This document shows, piece by piece, positions 9,284 to 18,605 of a DNA stretch of 23,751 bases (its first letter is position 1; every line of letters begins with the position of its first letter). Source of the stretch: Candidatus Bipolaricaulota bacterium (lineage in GTDB: Bacteria; Bipolaricaulota; Bipolaricaulia; UBA7950; UBA9294); assembly GCA_040752575.1 (NCBI GenBank), contig JBFMGK010000059.1, positions 1 through 23,751 of the forward strand, given 5' to 3'. The notes beneath the pieces are model-generated. The model saw nothing but the letters and a program-made list of their open reading frames with translations. It was not told where the DNA came from and did not search any database. Both the position numbers and the translations under genes were made by a program.

Positions 9284-10558
9284 TTAAGCCAGGTTGCTGC
9301 GCGTGTCCATGGGCTCGGGCTCGCTGTCGGGAAACCGCGGCGAGTCGATCCGCAGGACGTCCAGTTCGGTCACCGCGGCCTCGACCCCGAGGTTCGCTGC
9401 CAGACTCGGCCGGGTCCGGCCTGCGTCGCCGGAGACCAGCTCTTTGATGTAGAGACCGCCATCCGCCCTGACCGTGAGCTCGACGACGCGCTCGCCCCTC
9501 GCGATCACCGACGCCGTCAAGACGCGTCGCGGTCGTACTAGGTCCGCTCGCCGGTGCGCGACGCGACGCGGCGTCCGCTGCTCGATCGTCCCCACAAGGT
9601 TCGCCACCGCCCGCTCGACTTCCGCGAGCGTGACCGCGCGATCGAGCGAAACCACGGCGCGGTAGGTCTTCTCGGCGGGCGTTTCCTTGAGTGCGGCGAC
9701 AAGTCCCCTGGCCGCCCAGCGAAGCTCGCCAACCTCGACGCGACCTCTTGCTTCGCGGTTCACCTCCGCCCTAAGCGCCACAAGGTCCAGGGATCGCCGA
9801 CGAGGTTCAAGAACCTCGAGGACGAAGGGGCGTCCGTTCCCCAGCATCCGCGCATCGATGTCCTCGCGTCCGGCGCCGTGCAGGGACGCGCCGCTTCCTT
9901 TGGCGGCGGCGACAAACGGTGCGGCAACGACCTCCTCGACGGAGTCCTGATACTGCTTCCCCGTCCCCCCACAGGCTGCGCAGCCTCGCCCGCGGCACGC
10001 TCGGCACGGCCAGTGAGTCTGCGGGAGATCTCGCGCCAGCTTCCGATAGCGACCGTAAACAAACAGCGAGGCCGTGTGTCGCGTCAGATCCTGGGTCTCG
10101 AGGTCGATCGTGAACAGGACGTCAGGATCCTGGAAGTCAACCGTGCCGCGACCCAAGAGAGCCTCGAATGCTTTGCCCACCGCGCGATTCCACGCGTGCT
10201 TTGCCGGCTCCGCCTGCTCGAGTTCTAGAACCTCGACCAGGTGAGCCTCAACCTCCTGCCATCGCAGGGGCAGCTTGACGCCGAAGAGGTATGTCGAGAA
10301 CTCCACGCCCTCGGCAGCGGCCAGGGCTCGCAGAGCCCAGGCGCCCACCTCGGAGAACGCATCCTCACACACCCAGCACTTCCCCTGCGGCGCCGGACCT
10401 CGTGCCCAGGCTCGGCGAAGCTCCCGCCCTCGTTCCGCGTTGGACACACCGCGGCCGATCTTCCCGAACGCCCCGCCGAGGCAGTCGTCGCAGATTGAAC
10501 CTTTCGCCAAGAGCTCTCTTGCCCGCGCGGCTCGCGCGTCCTTGGGGTCGAAGCTCAT
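9284..10558 (-). CDS. pus10: tRNA pseudouridine(54/55) synthase Pus10
   Basis: N-terminal CDDC..CWVC zinc pair, THUMP-like region, GRYRKLARDLPQTHW, CxxCxGxGCxxC, catalytic HGAGREDIDARMLGNGRPFVLE, IEQRTPRRVAHRRADLVR and GGLYIKELVSGDAGRTRPSL. Confidence 0.93.
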   Translation of the reverse strand: MSFDPKDARAARARELLAKGSICDDCLGGAFGKIGRGVSNAERGRELRRAWARGPAPQGKCWVCEDAFSEVGAWALRALAAAEGVEFSTYLFGVKLPLRWQEVEAHLVEVLELEQAEPAKHAWNRAVGKAFEALLGRGTVDFQDPDVLFTIDLETQDLTRHTASLFVYGRYRKLARDLPQTHWPCRACRGRGCAACGGTGKQYQDSVEEVVAAPFVAAAKGSGASLHGAGREDIDARMLGNGRPFVLEVLEPRRRSLDLVALRAEVNREARGRVEVGELRWAARGLVAALKETPAEKTYRAVVSLDRAVTLAEVERAVANLVGTIEQRTPRRVAHRRADLVRPRRVLTASVIARGERVVELTVRADGGLYIKELVSGDAGRTRPSLAANLGVEAAVTELDVLRIDSPRFPDSEPEPMDTRSNLA

Positions 10559-13500
10559 GTCGTTCCCCCGTAGCCCCGATAGAACACCATCTCGCGATCA
10601 TCACGCATGAACCCTGCATCCGCCATGTCGGCGGCCGCCGACGCCTCCGCCGCGGCGCGACCGTTCCACGAGGCCACGCGGAGCGCTGCCGGCTGGCCCG
10701 GCCGCCCGACAAGACCCCGCAGCGCCTCGAGGCACGCACGGCGCTCGCCCGGGTTCAGTTCCACAAGCTCGCGAACCCTGCGCCCTCGTCCCTCGACGGC
10801 GAGCGCCGCGCGTGTCCCAAGCGTCACGATGTAGCTTCCGAAACCGCGCCGAAGCGGAACCCCGTCGTTTCCCGCCAGCGGACCGACTCCGCAAAATGGG
10901 TTGGCGGGGTCGTAGGCGTGCAGAAGTCGAGCTCCCGTGAGGGAGTGCCCCTCGACAAGCGACGCCGCAAAACCCGGAACTGCGAACTGCGGCCCGGAAA
11001 GCCCGGAGACGAAGTGCCCACGCTCGAGTTCGCCGCGCCACTCCAGTCGGGACAGCTGGGGATAGGCCTCTCCCCAGCGGAGGCCCAGGCTGTCCCACTC
11101 CAGCATCTCCCGGGAGACGAACCCGAAGCGAGCGAGCGTGACCCGCAACGAGGACTCCAGAGCGTCGGCTGCCGTCAATCCTTCGGCCTCACGAATGGCG
11201 GTCCATCTCCCCGTGCGTCCTCCGGTTGCCGCCTTTCCGGGCCCGGCGCGAAGCGCCGCGGAAACAGAGTCGTTCGTCACGAGTCCTCTCCACGTCAGTT
11301 CCCACAGAGCCCCGTCCACCTCAGACGCTGGTGCGTCAACGTAACGCGCGAGCTCCGCGAGGAAGGAAGCCCCGACGTCGCGCAACACCTGCAGGGTTCG
11401 CTCCGCGAGTCTCGAGAGCGGACCCGTTTCGCCGTCGTCGGGCATTCGGCGTACCGATCCCCCCGCAACGAAAGAGACAACCCGCCGCCCGCCATGCCGC
11501 CCGCCACACCACGCAACGTCTCCGGTTCGCACAAGGGCATCGACGCGCGACCAGCCGGCCTCCACGACGCGCACTGCCAAGACGTCGGGCCATATCGAGG
11601 GAGGCAGCGGCCATCCCGACAGCTGCAGGAGCACGTTCACGAGTTCAGACGGCTCGCGCAGCGGGCTGTCAAGATGCTGCCGACGGGCGATGGCGCCAAA
11701 TAGCGCCTCGCGCGGCACCGGATGGATGGCTCGCCGCGATGTCGTCAGGGTCATCCGACGCAGACCCACCAGGGTGTCGCGGTGGATCAACGCCCCGATC
11801 CTCCCGGGCAGATCGACGACCACGTGCTCGTCATCGATGAGTTGATCGAACAGCGCGGCGCCCTCCGCATACCGCGCCGCGAGTTCGTCTCTCGTCCGGC
11901 CGGCGGAGGCCTCGACGTGCCGACGTGCGAGGTCAACCCTTGCCTCTAGGGAAGCGGCCCCCTCTACCGCGGGATCATCCGCGACGATCCACCGCGGCTC
12001 GCCGTCTTCTCCCCCGAGGCGGACAATCTGTCGATCGTCCAGCAGTGCGTTCAGAGCTTCGCGAGCCGGAGGCTCGCAGCGCGCCATGATCTCGTCCTGC
12101 GTGAGATCGCCGACCCGTCGCATGAGGTCCAGGATCTCGGCGCCATCGCGCGCCCGCGTGAAGGGCGAAAGGCCTTGCAGCCGCTCCTCCATCGCCGCAA
12201 CGGCCGCCTCGGAGATCCGCGCCGCGTCGTTCCCTGCCGCACCAAGCAGCTCATCCGCAAGGTCTTTGCCGGCGCGCGGTACCGGCTGCCGCGGCCGCTC
12301 GGCCTCATAGAGGAAACGCCCCACGAACTCAAGGACCAGGGAAGCGGAGAACGGGGTCGGCCCGCTTCCGCGTCGCACGGCGAATCTCGCCTCGCCCGCC
12401 CGGACGAGCGCGAGGAATGCGTCCAAACTCTCGAGCGGAAGGACATCCTCGACGAGTTCGCGGTAGGTCTCCAGAACGATCGGGAAGCGCGGATGCTCCG
12501 CAGCATATGCCAAGAGGTCCGCCGCACGGAGACGCTGCAGCCAAAGCGGCACGCGCGTTCCCGATCGCGTCCTGGGCAGGATGAGCGCCCGCGCGGCGTT
12601 TCGGCGAAAACAGACGGAGAATGCCGGGGAGTCGGCCAGCCCGTCGAGCACGCGCTCGCGGACACTCCCGTCGGCCAATCCTATCAGGCGTTCCACGATG
12701 CCATCGGGTTCCGCACCGCCGAGACGAAGGAGGAAGCCGTCGTTGGAGACGACCCCTTCCAGCGCGCATTCGCCCCGACGTGCGCGTTCGCCCTGGAGTG
12801 CCAGCCAAAGCGCGAGGTGAAACGCACGTCCGAACGTCGACACGACCGCCATTCTGCCGTCCCCTGCATCACCGGGGAACACGTCCACGAGGATGGTGCG
12901 ATCGTCGGGAAGCGGTCCCGCGCGCAGTTGGTCGGCGATGTGCTGCGCCGCGTTTCGCGCCGCGGCCTCGTCCAGAGCGCACTCCGCGGCAAGCCATGTT
13001 TCGAAGTCGGCCCGACCCGCCCGTCGCCCGCACTCGGCCAGGAAAGCCCCCCAGGTGCGGCCGAACTCGGCATCGTGGCCGAGCCCATCTCCCTTCCAAA
13101 ACGGGAGCTGTGCCTCTTCCGCCGCAGACGCGGCGACGACCACCCGATCGTGGCGAAACGAGACGATGCGCCACCGGCTCGTGCCCAAGACGAAGGTGTC
13201 GCCGAGCCGGCGCTCGAACACGAACTCCTCGTCCAGTTCGCCAAGCCTCGTTCCGTCTTCCAGCACCATCGCGTACTGCCCCGTTTCGGGGATCGTTCCC
13301 CCCGAGAGAGTCGCCGCCTGTCGCGCTCCGGGCAGTGCCGTGAGTCGCCCGCTCCGCGCGTCCTTCGTGACTCGCGCTCTGAGGGACGGCAAGGCAGGCG
13401 TTCGGTACCCACCGCCGACGAGGTGAACGACCTCATCGAAGGACGCGCGCGAAAGGTTCCGATAGGGTCCAGCGCAGCGAATCCGCGCGTAGAGGTCGTC

Positions 13501-14793
13501 GGGTCGCCAGTCGTCCACGGCGACCATCGCGACGATCTGCTGGGCCAGCACGTCCAGCGGGCTCTGCGGGATCCGCACCTCCGACACCTCGCCGCGCAAC
13601 ATGGAGCGCGCCATGCCAGCCATCCGCAGGAGGTCGGATCGCGACTTGGGCAGCATGCGACCTTTGCTCGTGGCCCGATATGCGTGGCCGGCGCGCCCGA
13701 CGCGCTGAAGCGCCGCCGCCACGGAGTTCGGCGACTCGACCTGGCATACGAGGTCAATCGCTCCCATGTCGATGCCGAGCTCAAGGGACGCCGTCGCGAC
13801 CAGGGCAGGCAGACGTCCGGCCTTCAGGTCCTGCTCCAGCTGATGCCGCACCTCCTTCGAGACGCTCCCGTGGTGCGCTCGGGCACCACATCCCCCTGCC
13901 GCCCGGTTCATCTCGGCCGCCAAACGTTCCACCGCGCGGCGGTTGTTGGCGAAGACCAGCGTCGACGCATGGTCCGCGACCCACTCGACCAAACGCTCCA
14001 CGAGAGCCGGCCAGACGCTCGGGTGGTCCGGCGGCAGGGTGCGGAAGTCCTCCACCGGGCAGACAACCCTCAGGTCGAGGTTCTTGCGGGCTCCCGCGTC
14101 GATGACGGTGACCGGCCTCGGCGTTCCATCGGCCTCGTACCCGCCGAGAAACCGCGCCACGCGATCGAGAGGCCGTTGCGTCGCGGACAAGCCGATGCGA
14201 ACGAACGGCCTTTCCACGAGCGCTTCGAGTCTCTCGAGGAGCAGCGCGAGAAACGAACCGCGCTTCTCGCCGCACAACGCGTGGATCTCGTCCACAATCA
14301 CATAGCGCACGGCACGCAACCCCTCGCGCGCCTTGGGCGACGTCAACAGCAGGTGCAGCGACTCGGGCGTCGTCACGAGAAGGTCCGGCGGTCGCCGGAC
14401 CATTCGCTGGCGCTCCGCGGCCGGCGTGTCGCCAGTCCTCAGCCCGACGCGGAGGTCCGGCAGAGGAATGTCCGCCGCCCGTGCAGAGATCTGGATCCCG
14501 GAGAGCGGAACCTGTAACGCGCGATGCACGTCGCTCGCCAGCGCGCGCAGCGGAGAGAGGTAGAGCGTATGAACGCCGGGAGCGTGCTCCTCGATCGGCG
14601 CCACGAGTCGCTCATGGATCGCGAACAGGAACGCGGCCAGCGTCTTTCCCGAACCTGTCGGTGCGAGAACCAGCGTGTTCTGCCCGGCGGCGATCGGCGG
14701 CCAGCCCAACGCCTGCGCCGGGGTTGGTTCTCCATAAGTCTCACGGAACCAGCGAGCGACGGGCTCGCAAAAGAGATCGAGGACCCTGTCCAT
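10555..14793 (-). CDS. lhr: Lhr ATP-dependent SF2 helicase, full length (about 1412 aa) with C-terminal winged-helix/glycosylase-like region
   Basis: PTPAQ, APTGSGKT, YLSPLRAL, RTGDT, TTPESL, DEIH, GLSAT, HHGSVS, SLELGID, QRVGRAGH and GELDEEFV; C-terminal LWELTWRGLVTND and RGHFVSGLSGPQFA. Start ATG 14793 (or 14802). Confidence 0.95.
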   Translation of the reverse strand: MDRVLDLFCEPVARWFRETYGEPTPAQALGWPPIAAGQNTLVLAPTGSGKTLAAFLFAIHERLVAPIEEHAPGVHTLYLSPLRALASDVHRALQVPLSGIQISARAADIPLPDLRVGLRTGDTPAAERQRMVRRPPDLLVTTPESLHLLLTSPKAREGLRAVRYVIVDEIHALCGEKRGSFLALLLERLEALVERPFVRIGLSATQRPLDRVARFLGGYEADGTPRPVTVIDAGARKNLDLRVVCPVEDFRTLPPDHPSVWPALVERLVEWVADHASTLVFANNRRAVERLAAEMNRAAGGCGARAHHGSVSKEVRHQLEQDLKAGRLPALVATASLELGIDMGAIDLVCQVESPNSVAAALQRVGRAGHAYRATSKGRMLPKSRSDLLRMAGMARSMLRGEVSEVRIPQSPLDVLAQQIVAMVAVDDWRPDDLYARIRCAGPYRNLSRASFDEVVHLVGGGYRTPALPSLRARVTKDARSGRLTALPGARQAATLSGGTIPETGQYAMVLEDGTRLGELDEEFVFERRLGDTFVLGTSRWRIVSFRHDRVVVAASAAEEAQLPFWKGDGLGHDAEFGRTWGAFLAECGRRAGRADFETWLAAECALDEAAARNAAQHIADQLRAGPLPDDRTILVDVFPGDAGDGRMAVVSTFGRAFHLALWLALQGERARRGECALEGVVSNDGFLLRLGGAEPDGIVERLIGLADGSVRERVLDGLADSPAFSVCFRRNAARALILPRTRSGTRVPLWLQRLRAADLLAYAAEHPRFPIVLETYRELVEDVLPLESLDAFLALVRAGEARFAVRRGSGPTPFSASLVLEFVGRFLYEAERPRQPVPRAGKDLADELLGAAGNDAARISEAAVAAMEERLQGLSPFTRARDGAEILDLMRRVGDLTQDEIMARCEPPAREALNALLDDRQIVRLGGEDGEPRWIVADDPAVEGAASLEARVDLARRHVEASAGRTRDELAARYAEGAALFDQLIDDEHVVVDLPGRIGALIHRDTLVGLRRMTLTTSRRAIHPVPREALFGAIARRQHLDSPLREPSELVNVLLQLSGWPLPPSIWPDVLAVRVVEAGWSRVDALVRTGDVAWCGGRHGGRRVVSFVAGGSVRRMPDDGETGPLSRLAERTLQVLRDVGASFLAELARYVDAPASEVDGALWELTWRGLVTNDSVSAALRAGPGKAATGGRTGRWTAIREAEGLTAADALESSLRVTLARFGFVSREMLEWDSLGLRWGEAYPQLSRLEWRGELERGHFVSGLSGPQFAVPGFAASLVEGHSLTGARLLHAYDPANPFCGVGPLAGNDGVPLRRGFGSYIVTLGTRAALAVEGRGRRVRELVELNPGERRACLEALRGLVGRPGQPAALRVASWNGRAAAEASAAADMADAGFMRDDREMVFYRGYGGTT

Positions 14794-14800
14794 AGACTCC

Positions 14801-14828
14801 ATTCTGCAACGCGGGATAGGGCCGTCAA
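14801..14828 (-). promoter_or_regulatory. Putative sigma70 promoter of the lhr operon
   Basis: TTGACG (14828-14823), 16 nt, CAGAAT (14806-14801), 7 nt before ATG 14793. Confidence 0.55.
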
Positions 14829-14899
14829 GCGACGCGGCCCGTTCGCACGATCTGGACTGCCGGGACGCCAGCGAGTAGGATCGCACCCTGAGGCAATGG

Positions 14900-16204
14900 A
14901 TGACGGATCCAACCGCAGTTGCATTCTATACGGCCCTCGGGATCTTCGCGTTGACGTACGCTGGCATCTTCACGCTGCGCATCAGTCGCACGGTCCTGGC
15001 GATCGCCGGCGCCGTGATGATGACGGCCCTGGGCACTTGGATGGCCTTCTACGGGCCTGAGCCAGCGCTGGGGTCAATCGATGCGGACACGATCACCCTT
15101 CTCTTCGGGATGATGGTCGTCGTCGCGTTATTCCGCGAGACGGGATTCTTCCAGTTCGTCGCCATTCGCGCCGCGAAGTGGGCCCACGGGAAACCTTGGC
15201 TTCTCCTGATTTATCTCGGTGCTGTAACCGCCGTCGTATCGATGGTTCTCGACAACGTGACGACGATTCTAATCCTCGTCCCAGTCACAACCTCCCTTGC
15301 GGACATCCTGGGCGTAAGCCCCATTCCGTTCCTCATGGGCGAGGTTCTCTCATCCAACATCGGCGGCGTCGGAACGCTCATCGGCGATCCGCCGAACATT
15401 CTCATCGGCTCGGCCGCCGGCTTCAGTTTCGTAGACTTCGTCGTCCACCTGCTGCCGATCGTGATCCTCGTTTGGATCGCGGCGCAAGCCCTTCTGCTTG
15501 TCCTGTTCCGCCGTCAGTTGTTCCACGTCCCGGCGCAAGTCGAGAGTCTCATGCGGATGGACGAGCGGCGGGCTGTCGTTGACCCGCGGACGACCCGGCG
15601 CATGCTCATCGTCTTGGGCGGGACCGTTCTGTTGTTCTTCCTCCACCAGAGTCTCGGCATTGGCCCCGGACTCGTCGCGCTGTTCGGCGCCTCGGCAGGT
15701 CTCCTGTGGGTGCGCCCGGACTTCGAGAAGATTCTGAAGGAAGTGCACTGGGACGTCCTGCTTTTCTTCATCGCGCTGTTCGTCTTGGTCGGCGGACTCG
15801 AGGCCAGCGGCGTGACCGCCGCAGCGGGAGCCCAGATCGCCTCGCTGGCGCGTCACGGGTCGTACTTCCCGATGCTGATCGTCCTGTGGTTCGGCGCGCT
15901 CGCCTCTGGGGTCGTCAGCAACGTTCCCCTCACGATCGCCATGCTCCCGGTGTTCAAAGGCATGGCCGCGCAGGGCATCGCCGTCGAGCCGCTGTGGTGG
16001 GCGCTTGCCCTCGGCGTCGGCTTCGGCGCCAACCTGACTCCGCTGGCGTCCGCCGCCAACGTGGTCGTCTCGTCCCTCGCCGCCTCGATTGGCGAGCCCC
16101 TAACCTTCCGCAAGTGGCTGCAGACCGGGACAAGGGTCGCCCTCGCGAGCTGCGCGATCGCGTCGATCGCCCTCGTGGCGGCGCACGCCATCGGGTGGAT
16201 CTAG
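14900..16204 (+). CDS. ArsB/NhaD-family (IT superfamily) ion transporter
   Basis: About 11-12 hydrophobic helices. TITLLFGMM, LDNVTT, SNIGGVGTLIGDPPNILIG, WDVLLFFIALFVLVGGLE, VSNVP and GANLTPLASAAN. Confidence 0.92.
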   Translation: MTDPTAVAFYTALGIFALTYAGIFTLRISRTVLAIAGAVMMTALGTWMAFYGPEPALGSIDADTITLLFGMMVVVALFRETGFFQFVAIRAAKWAHGKPWLLLIYLGAVTAVVSMVLDNVTTILILVPVTTSLADILGVSPIPFLMGEVLSSNIGGVGTLIGDPPNILIGSAAGFSFVDFVVHLLPIVILVWIAAQALLLVLFRRQLFHVPAQVESLMRMDERRAVVDPRTTRRMLIVLGGTVLLFFLHQSLGIGPGLVALFGASAGLLWVRPDFEKILKEVHWDVLLFFIALFVLVGGLEASGVTAAAGAQIASLARHGSYFPMLIVLWFGALASGVVSNVPLTIAMLPVFKGMAAQGIAVEPLWWALALGVGFGANLTPLASAANVVVSSLAASIGEPLTFRKWLQTGTRVALASCAIASIALVAAHAIGWI

Positions 16205-16208
16205 CGCG

Positions 16209-17081
16209 ATGGTCCCGCGCCATGTTTCGCGCGTCCACGTCGACCTCCTCGACGTCATGCAGTTCGGGCGTCGCGCGACAGGCGCTGCGTATCTGATCCG
16301 CAGCCATCGCACCGTGTTGATCGAGTCAGGTACAGCGGCTTCGGCGCCTCACCTGATCGCCGCTCTCGCGGGCATCCGCCTCGACGCGATCTTCCTCACC
16401 CACGTGCACCTCGACCATTCCGGCGGCGCGGCGGCTCTTGCCCAGGCGCACCCCGAGGCCGTGGTCGTGCTCCACCCACGCGGCATACCCCATCTCGTGG
16501 ATCCGTCCCGTCTCATCGCCGGCGTTCGCGAAGCATCCCCCGATCTCGCTCCGCTCTACGGGTCGCCGCCGCCGATTCCCAGAGAGCGCCTCCGGGCATG
16601 CAGCGACGGCGAAGCGTTTGACCTCGGGAGGGGCGGCGACCTCTTGGCGATCCACAGCCCGGGGCACGCCCCGCATCACGTTGCGTTCTTCGAGACTTCA
16701 ACCCGCACGCTGTTCGCTGGCGACGCCGTTGGCCACTTCGGCGTGCCGGTCCTCGTCCCGCTAACCGTCCCCCCGCGCTTCGATGTCGCAGCGTCTCGCG
16801 CGTCGCTCAAGCGACTGGCCTCCCTGTCGCCCCGCAGCTTGGCCGTCACGCACTTCGGTATTGCGGAGCGGGCCGTCGCGCGCATCGGGGAATACGGTCA
16901 ATCGGTCGAGCGGTGGTCTGACGAGGTGCGCGCCGCCCGCGAGGCGGGCGGATCGGAGGGCGCCGCCCGGCTTCTCCTTGGGAACGCGCGCTTCTCGCAC
17001 CTCGACGCCGTAGACCACCACATGGTCGCCATGTGCGTGCGCGGCGCCCTCGCGTCGCTGCCCGCTGAGGAGCGTGCCTAG
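16209..17081 (+). CDS. Metallo-beta-lactamase-fold hydrolase
   Basis: THVHLDHSGG (HxHxDH), SPGHAPHH, LFAGD and THFG metal ligands. Confidence 0.92.
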   Translation: MVPRHVSRVHVDLLDVMQFGRRATGAAYLIRSHRTVLIESGTAASAPHLIAALAGIRLDAIFLTHVHLDHSGGAAALAQAHPEAVVVLHPRGIPHLVDPSRLIAGVREASPDLAPLYGSPPPIPRERLRACSDGEAFDLGRGGDLLAIHSPGHAPHHVAFFETSTRTLFAGDAVGHFGVPVLVPLTVPPRFDVAASRASLKRLASLSPRSLAVTHFGIAERAVARIGEYGQSVERWSDEVRAAREAGGSEGAARLLLGNARFSHLDAVDHHMVAMCVRGALASLPAEERA

Positions 17082-17776
17082 CTGGGTTCCATCGACGCCC
17101 TGCGATCACTCCCCAGGACCGTCACGAGTTCGCACGCCGCCGCCCAGCGCGACAGGGCACGCTGGCCGTACTTCGCCCCGATCTCGGTGGTCGACTTCAG
17201 ATTCGTCGCGACGGCCGTGGGGCGAAGCGTGCGGTACCGCCAGTCAACGATTCGCTCCAGCTCCTCGAGGACGAAGTCGGTGACCCGCTCCGCGCCAAGG
17301 TCGTCGAGCGCCAGGAGATCGCACTCCCGGCAGCGGCGCGACAGCTCCTGTTGGCCCCTCGTGATCTCGAGGCGCAGTTCGGACACAAGATCCAGCAGCG
17401 GCCAGTACTCCACGTGGATCCGGCGCGCGATCTCGTCCGTGGACAGCGCCGGCGCCGCGTCGGACTCACCGTCATCCGGGTTTTCTGCGGCGACTTGCAG
17501 GATCTCCGCCGCCGACGGGATGCGAACCCTCTCCTCGGAAAGCGGCTTCCCGGCAGCGCGTCGCGGCGTCGAGCGGCGGGCCTCGAAGCTCTTCATCGTC
17601 GCGACGAGGAGATGGGTCTTCCCGACGCCATTTCGGCCCATGAGCAGTACTCCGGGCCGTCCCTCTTCGGCTAGCCGACGACACGCGGCGTAAGCCTCTT
17701 GGTTGCGCTCATCGACGTTGAAGTTGTCAAATGTGCAATGCTCCAACCGCTTCCCGATCGGCGAACCCTGGATCAT
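17078..17776 (-). CDS. DnaC/IstB-like AAA+ ATPase (helicase-loader type)
   Basis: TFDNF, Walker A GRNGVGKTHL, Walker B DLLALDDLGAE, IVDWRY..PTAVATN, YGQRALSR and GSDRR. ATGA overlap with the upstream gene. Confidence 0.9.
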   Translation of the reverse strand: MIQGSPIGKRLEHCTFDNFNVDERNQEAYAACRRLAEEGRPGVLLMGRNGVGKTHLLVATMKSFEARRSTPRRAAGKPLSEERVRIPSAAEILQVAAENPDDGESDAAPALSTDEIARRIHVEYWPLLDLVSELRLEITRGQQELSRRCRECDLLALDDLGAERVTDFVLEELERIVDWRYRTLRPTAVATNLKSTTEIGAKYGQRALSRWAAACELVTVLGSDRRASMEPS

Positions 17777-18519
17777 CGGCGAGGCCCCTTCACGCGCTGC
17801 TCATAGATCTCGGGGTCATGGCCCTGAGAGCGCTGCATCTCGAGCGAGGTTCTGCCTCTCGGCCGTCCACGCGCGTCCCAGTCTCGGGCTAGCCCTAGGT
17901 TGCGCTCGAAGTTCCGCGAGTTGAAGAGGGTGCCTGCGTCGTAGTACTTTCGGGAGTTCTCGTCTCCTGCGTCCACGGCCGCGCGGTACTCGAGCACGAG
18001 TACCAAGTCGCTCTCCGAGTATCCCTCCCTGAGCCGACTGTGGATCTGACTTGCCTTCTTGACGTGTCGGGTTGACAGCGGGGTGTATCGCGCCCACGTC
18101 CAGCTCTTCTCGCGCAAGTCGTTGAGCCGAGCCATGACTCGCTCGGCAATTGCATCGTGATCGCCAAGCCGATCGATTCGCGCCTCGGCCGGGGCCGTCG
18201 ATCGGACGCGAACCGGCGAGCTCAAGGTCGGCTTGCGCGAGACCTCGTGCACGCTGCCGAAGTCCGCAGCGTGCGTCGCGCCACCGGCTTCCGTGAACGT
18301 GAAGTACCCCGCACGTTCGAGGTTCTCGAGGGCGCCCCGGAGACGCTTCTCGTCCTCACCAAGCGCGTCCACGAGGTCCGTCATGCATGCCGCAAATCCA
18401 GTCGGTCGAGACAAGAGATAGCCGAGCAGACCCTTTGCCATGAGGGAGAGCCGTGAGTCCTCGAGGAAGGCCTTGGGCAAGACCACGCGTTCGGTCTCGT
18501 CGCGCTCGATGTGAATCAC
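17773..18519 (-). CDS. Phage-type replication initiator-like protein (N-terminal wHTH, C-terminal conserved phage domain)
   Basis: FLEDSRLSLMAKGLLGYLLSRP..LENLERAGY is a typical phage initiator wHTH N-terminus. The C-terminal IHSRLREGYSESDLVLVLEY..KYYDAGTLFNSRNFE resembles Phg_2220_C. GTG 18519 is spaced 8 nt from GGAGG (alternative GTG 18525). Confidence 0.75.
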   Translation of the reverse strand: MIHIERDETERVVLPKAFLEDSRLSLMAKGLLGYLLSRPTGFAACMTDLVDALGEDEKRLRGALENLERAGYFTFTEAGGATHAADFGSVHEVSRKPTLSSPVRVRSTAPAEARIDRLGDHDAIAERVMARLNDLREKSWTWARYTPLSTRHVKKASQIHSRLREGYSESDLVLVLEYRAAVDAGDENSRKYYDAGTLFNSRNFERNLGLARDWDARGRPRGRTSLEMQRSQGHDPEIYEQRVKGPRR

Positions 18520-18560
18520 GATCACCGCCTCCCCTCTGCGGCCGACGCCCTCGCCGCGAC

Positions 18561-18605
18561 AGGTTACTCCCGCGCTTCCCGAGAGCGCAACTGAGGCCTC
18601 GGGAA
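18561..18605 (-). promoter_or_regulatory. Putative sigma70 promoter plus 8-bp inverted repeat upstream of the initiator-loader pair
   Basis: TTGCGC (18590-18585), 18 nt, TAACCT (18566-18561). IR TTCCCGAG (18576-18583) / CTCGGGAA (18598-18605). Confidence 0.45.

Noticed and set aside
16209..17081. Antibiotic-resistance metallo-beta-lactamase
   Set aside because: No signal peptide; the motifs fit a generic cytoplasmic MBL-fold hydrolase
17078..17776. IS21 element (IstB-like ATPase)
   Set aside because: No IstA DDE transposase or terminal inverted repeats; the partner gene is an initiator-like protein
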